Origin: an uncultured Verrucomicrobiae bacterium
GTDB lineage: Bacteria; Verrucomicrobiota; Verrucomicrobiia; Chthoniobacterales; JAFAMB01
Length of the DNA: 64,000 bases
Reading direction: 5' to 3'
Assembly: GCA_963750185.1 (NCBI GenBank)
Contig: CAVVPV010000007.1
Span: 24,310 to 88,309, forward strand
Shown piece after piece: positions 63,054 to 64,000 of this stretch. Each line of letters starts with the position of its first letter. The stretch's first letter is position 1. The notes under the pieces are model-generated. The model saw nothing but the letters and a program-made list of their open reading frames with translations, did not search any database and was not told where the DNA came from. A program made the translations under genes and the position numbers.

Positions 63054-64000
63054 ATGGAAAATAATCCGCAACATCAGATCGAGACAGTGCGCATGGCGGA
63101 AATTGCGCAGCGTCTCGGTGTTGCATCCTCAACGGTTTCGCGCGCTTTGAGAAACGACCCGCGAATCAGTGCCGAAGTGCGCAAACGTGTGCAGACTGCT
63201 GCTGAGGAGCTTGGTTACCGGCCGAATCCGCTCGTGAGCGCGTTGATGGCCAATCGCCGGAGACGCGGGAGTGGCGGCGCGGTGGACGTTATCGCGCTGG
63301 TGACGAACTACGGCGGAAGACGGGACTGGCGGACGAAAGATGTTTGCCGGTGGGAGTACGACGGAATCCAGCGCCGTGCGGGCGAGCTCGGCTTCCGAGT
63401 CGAGATCTTCGCTCTTGCAGATTACCAATGGGACATGGGTCGGCTCCAGGCTACTTTGCGTACACGAGCGATCCGCGGCGTGCTGCTCGGCTTTTCGCGC
63501 GAGGAAAAACCGAACACGACGTTTGATGCCGTGGATTTCAGCGTTGCGGCCTTGAGTGGCTATTTTCCGGGAGTGGTTGCTGACCGGGCCAACTTTCACG
63601 GATTTTTCAATGTCCAACTCGCCCTGGACCAGATGTACAGGCACGGTTATCGGCGTCCGACTTTGATCACGCCGGCGCTCAATAATCGAATCTCTAACAA
63701 TCTCTGGTCTGCTGCGTTCCTGGATTGGCAGAGGCGGCTTCCGAAAAAGGATCGCTGCGAGCCGTTTATTCCGCGCGAGCACGTGGACGCTGCAGAGTTC
63801 AGCGACTGGTTCTATCGGAATGAACCTGATTCGTTGCTCGTCTACAAATTTCCGGCGCGCCGACTTCTTGAGAAACGCGGCGTGCGCGTGCCCGAGGAAA
63901 TCGGGCTCGCCTATCTTTACCGGACGTCGGACGAAATGGGAAGCGCCGCAGGCATCGACGGGAACCTGGACGTGGTTGGTTCGGCAGCTTTTGACCTGGT
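63054..64000 (+). CDS. LacI-family transcriptional regulator (runs off the window; absent from the ORF track)
   Basis: Manual translation MENNPQHQIETVRMAEIAQRLGVASSTVSRALRNDPRIS...ELGYRPNPLVSALM. Confidence 0.88.
   Translation, partial: MENNPQHQIETVRMAEIAQRLGVASSTVSRALRNDPRISAEVRKRVQTAAEELGYRPNPLVSALMANRRRRGSGGAVDVIALVTNYGGRRDWRTKDVCRWEYDGIQRRAGELGFRVEIFALADYQWDMGRLQATLRTRAIRGVLLGFSREEKPNTTFDAVDFSVAALSGYFPGVVADRANFHGFFNVQLALDQMYRHGYRRPTLITPALNNRISNNLWSAAFLDWQRRLPKKDRCEPFIPREHVDAAEFSDWFYRNEPDSLLVYKFPARRLLEKRGVRVPEEIGLAYLYRTSDEMGSAAGIDGNLDVVGSAAFDL

Noticed and set aside
62047..63054. 335-aa plus-strand ORF
   Set aside because: Antisense to the nitrilase and the MSMEG_0572-family gene
63129..63782. 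217-aa minus-strand ORF
   Set aside because: Antisense to the LacI-family gene that runs off the window end

Overview
Bacterial genomic window, inferred to be from a soil Verrucomicrobiota/Chthoniobacterales-like organism (based on gene families and intergenic repeat style; not verified). 1-10 kb is a partly decayed metal/metalloid-resistance island: pstS, arsR-arsM-aquaporin remnant-arsC, a MITE-like element, a GDCCVxC/MarR module, PadR, a multicopper oxidase and chrA. 10-26.5 kb holds housekeeping and accessory genes: bcp, a GH13 hydrolase, MalK-like ATPase, ribD, a sugar epimerase, a ferritin-like gene, an S53 peptidase, a sigma54-preceded APC permease and a GNAT. 26.6-40.3 kb is the main candidate novel system: a type II secretion/type IV pilus-like operon (pilin, GspF, PilMNOP-like genes, secretin, minor pilins, GspE ATPase) headed by two Roadblock/MglB-like genes and a TrbI/VirB10-like gene. 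The last ~370 bp of the ATPase gene is directly duplicated around a three-gene TIGR04255 cargo, and the second copy is followed by a signal-less YopT/C58-like cysteine protease. 44.5-57 kb holds an MscS-type channel, aidB, and an exosortase H locus with an S53-NHL-Ig IPTL-CTERM substrate plus a start-less diverged second copy of that substrate. 58.7-64 kb is a reduced Nit1C (MSMEG_0568-0572-type) nitrilase cluster opposite a LacI-family regulator. No CRISPR array, rRNA or tRNA was recognised. Several frameshifts may be sequencing errors. All family calls are by motif recognition, not database search.
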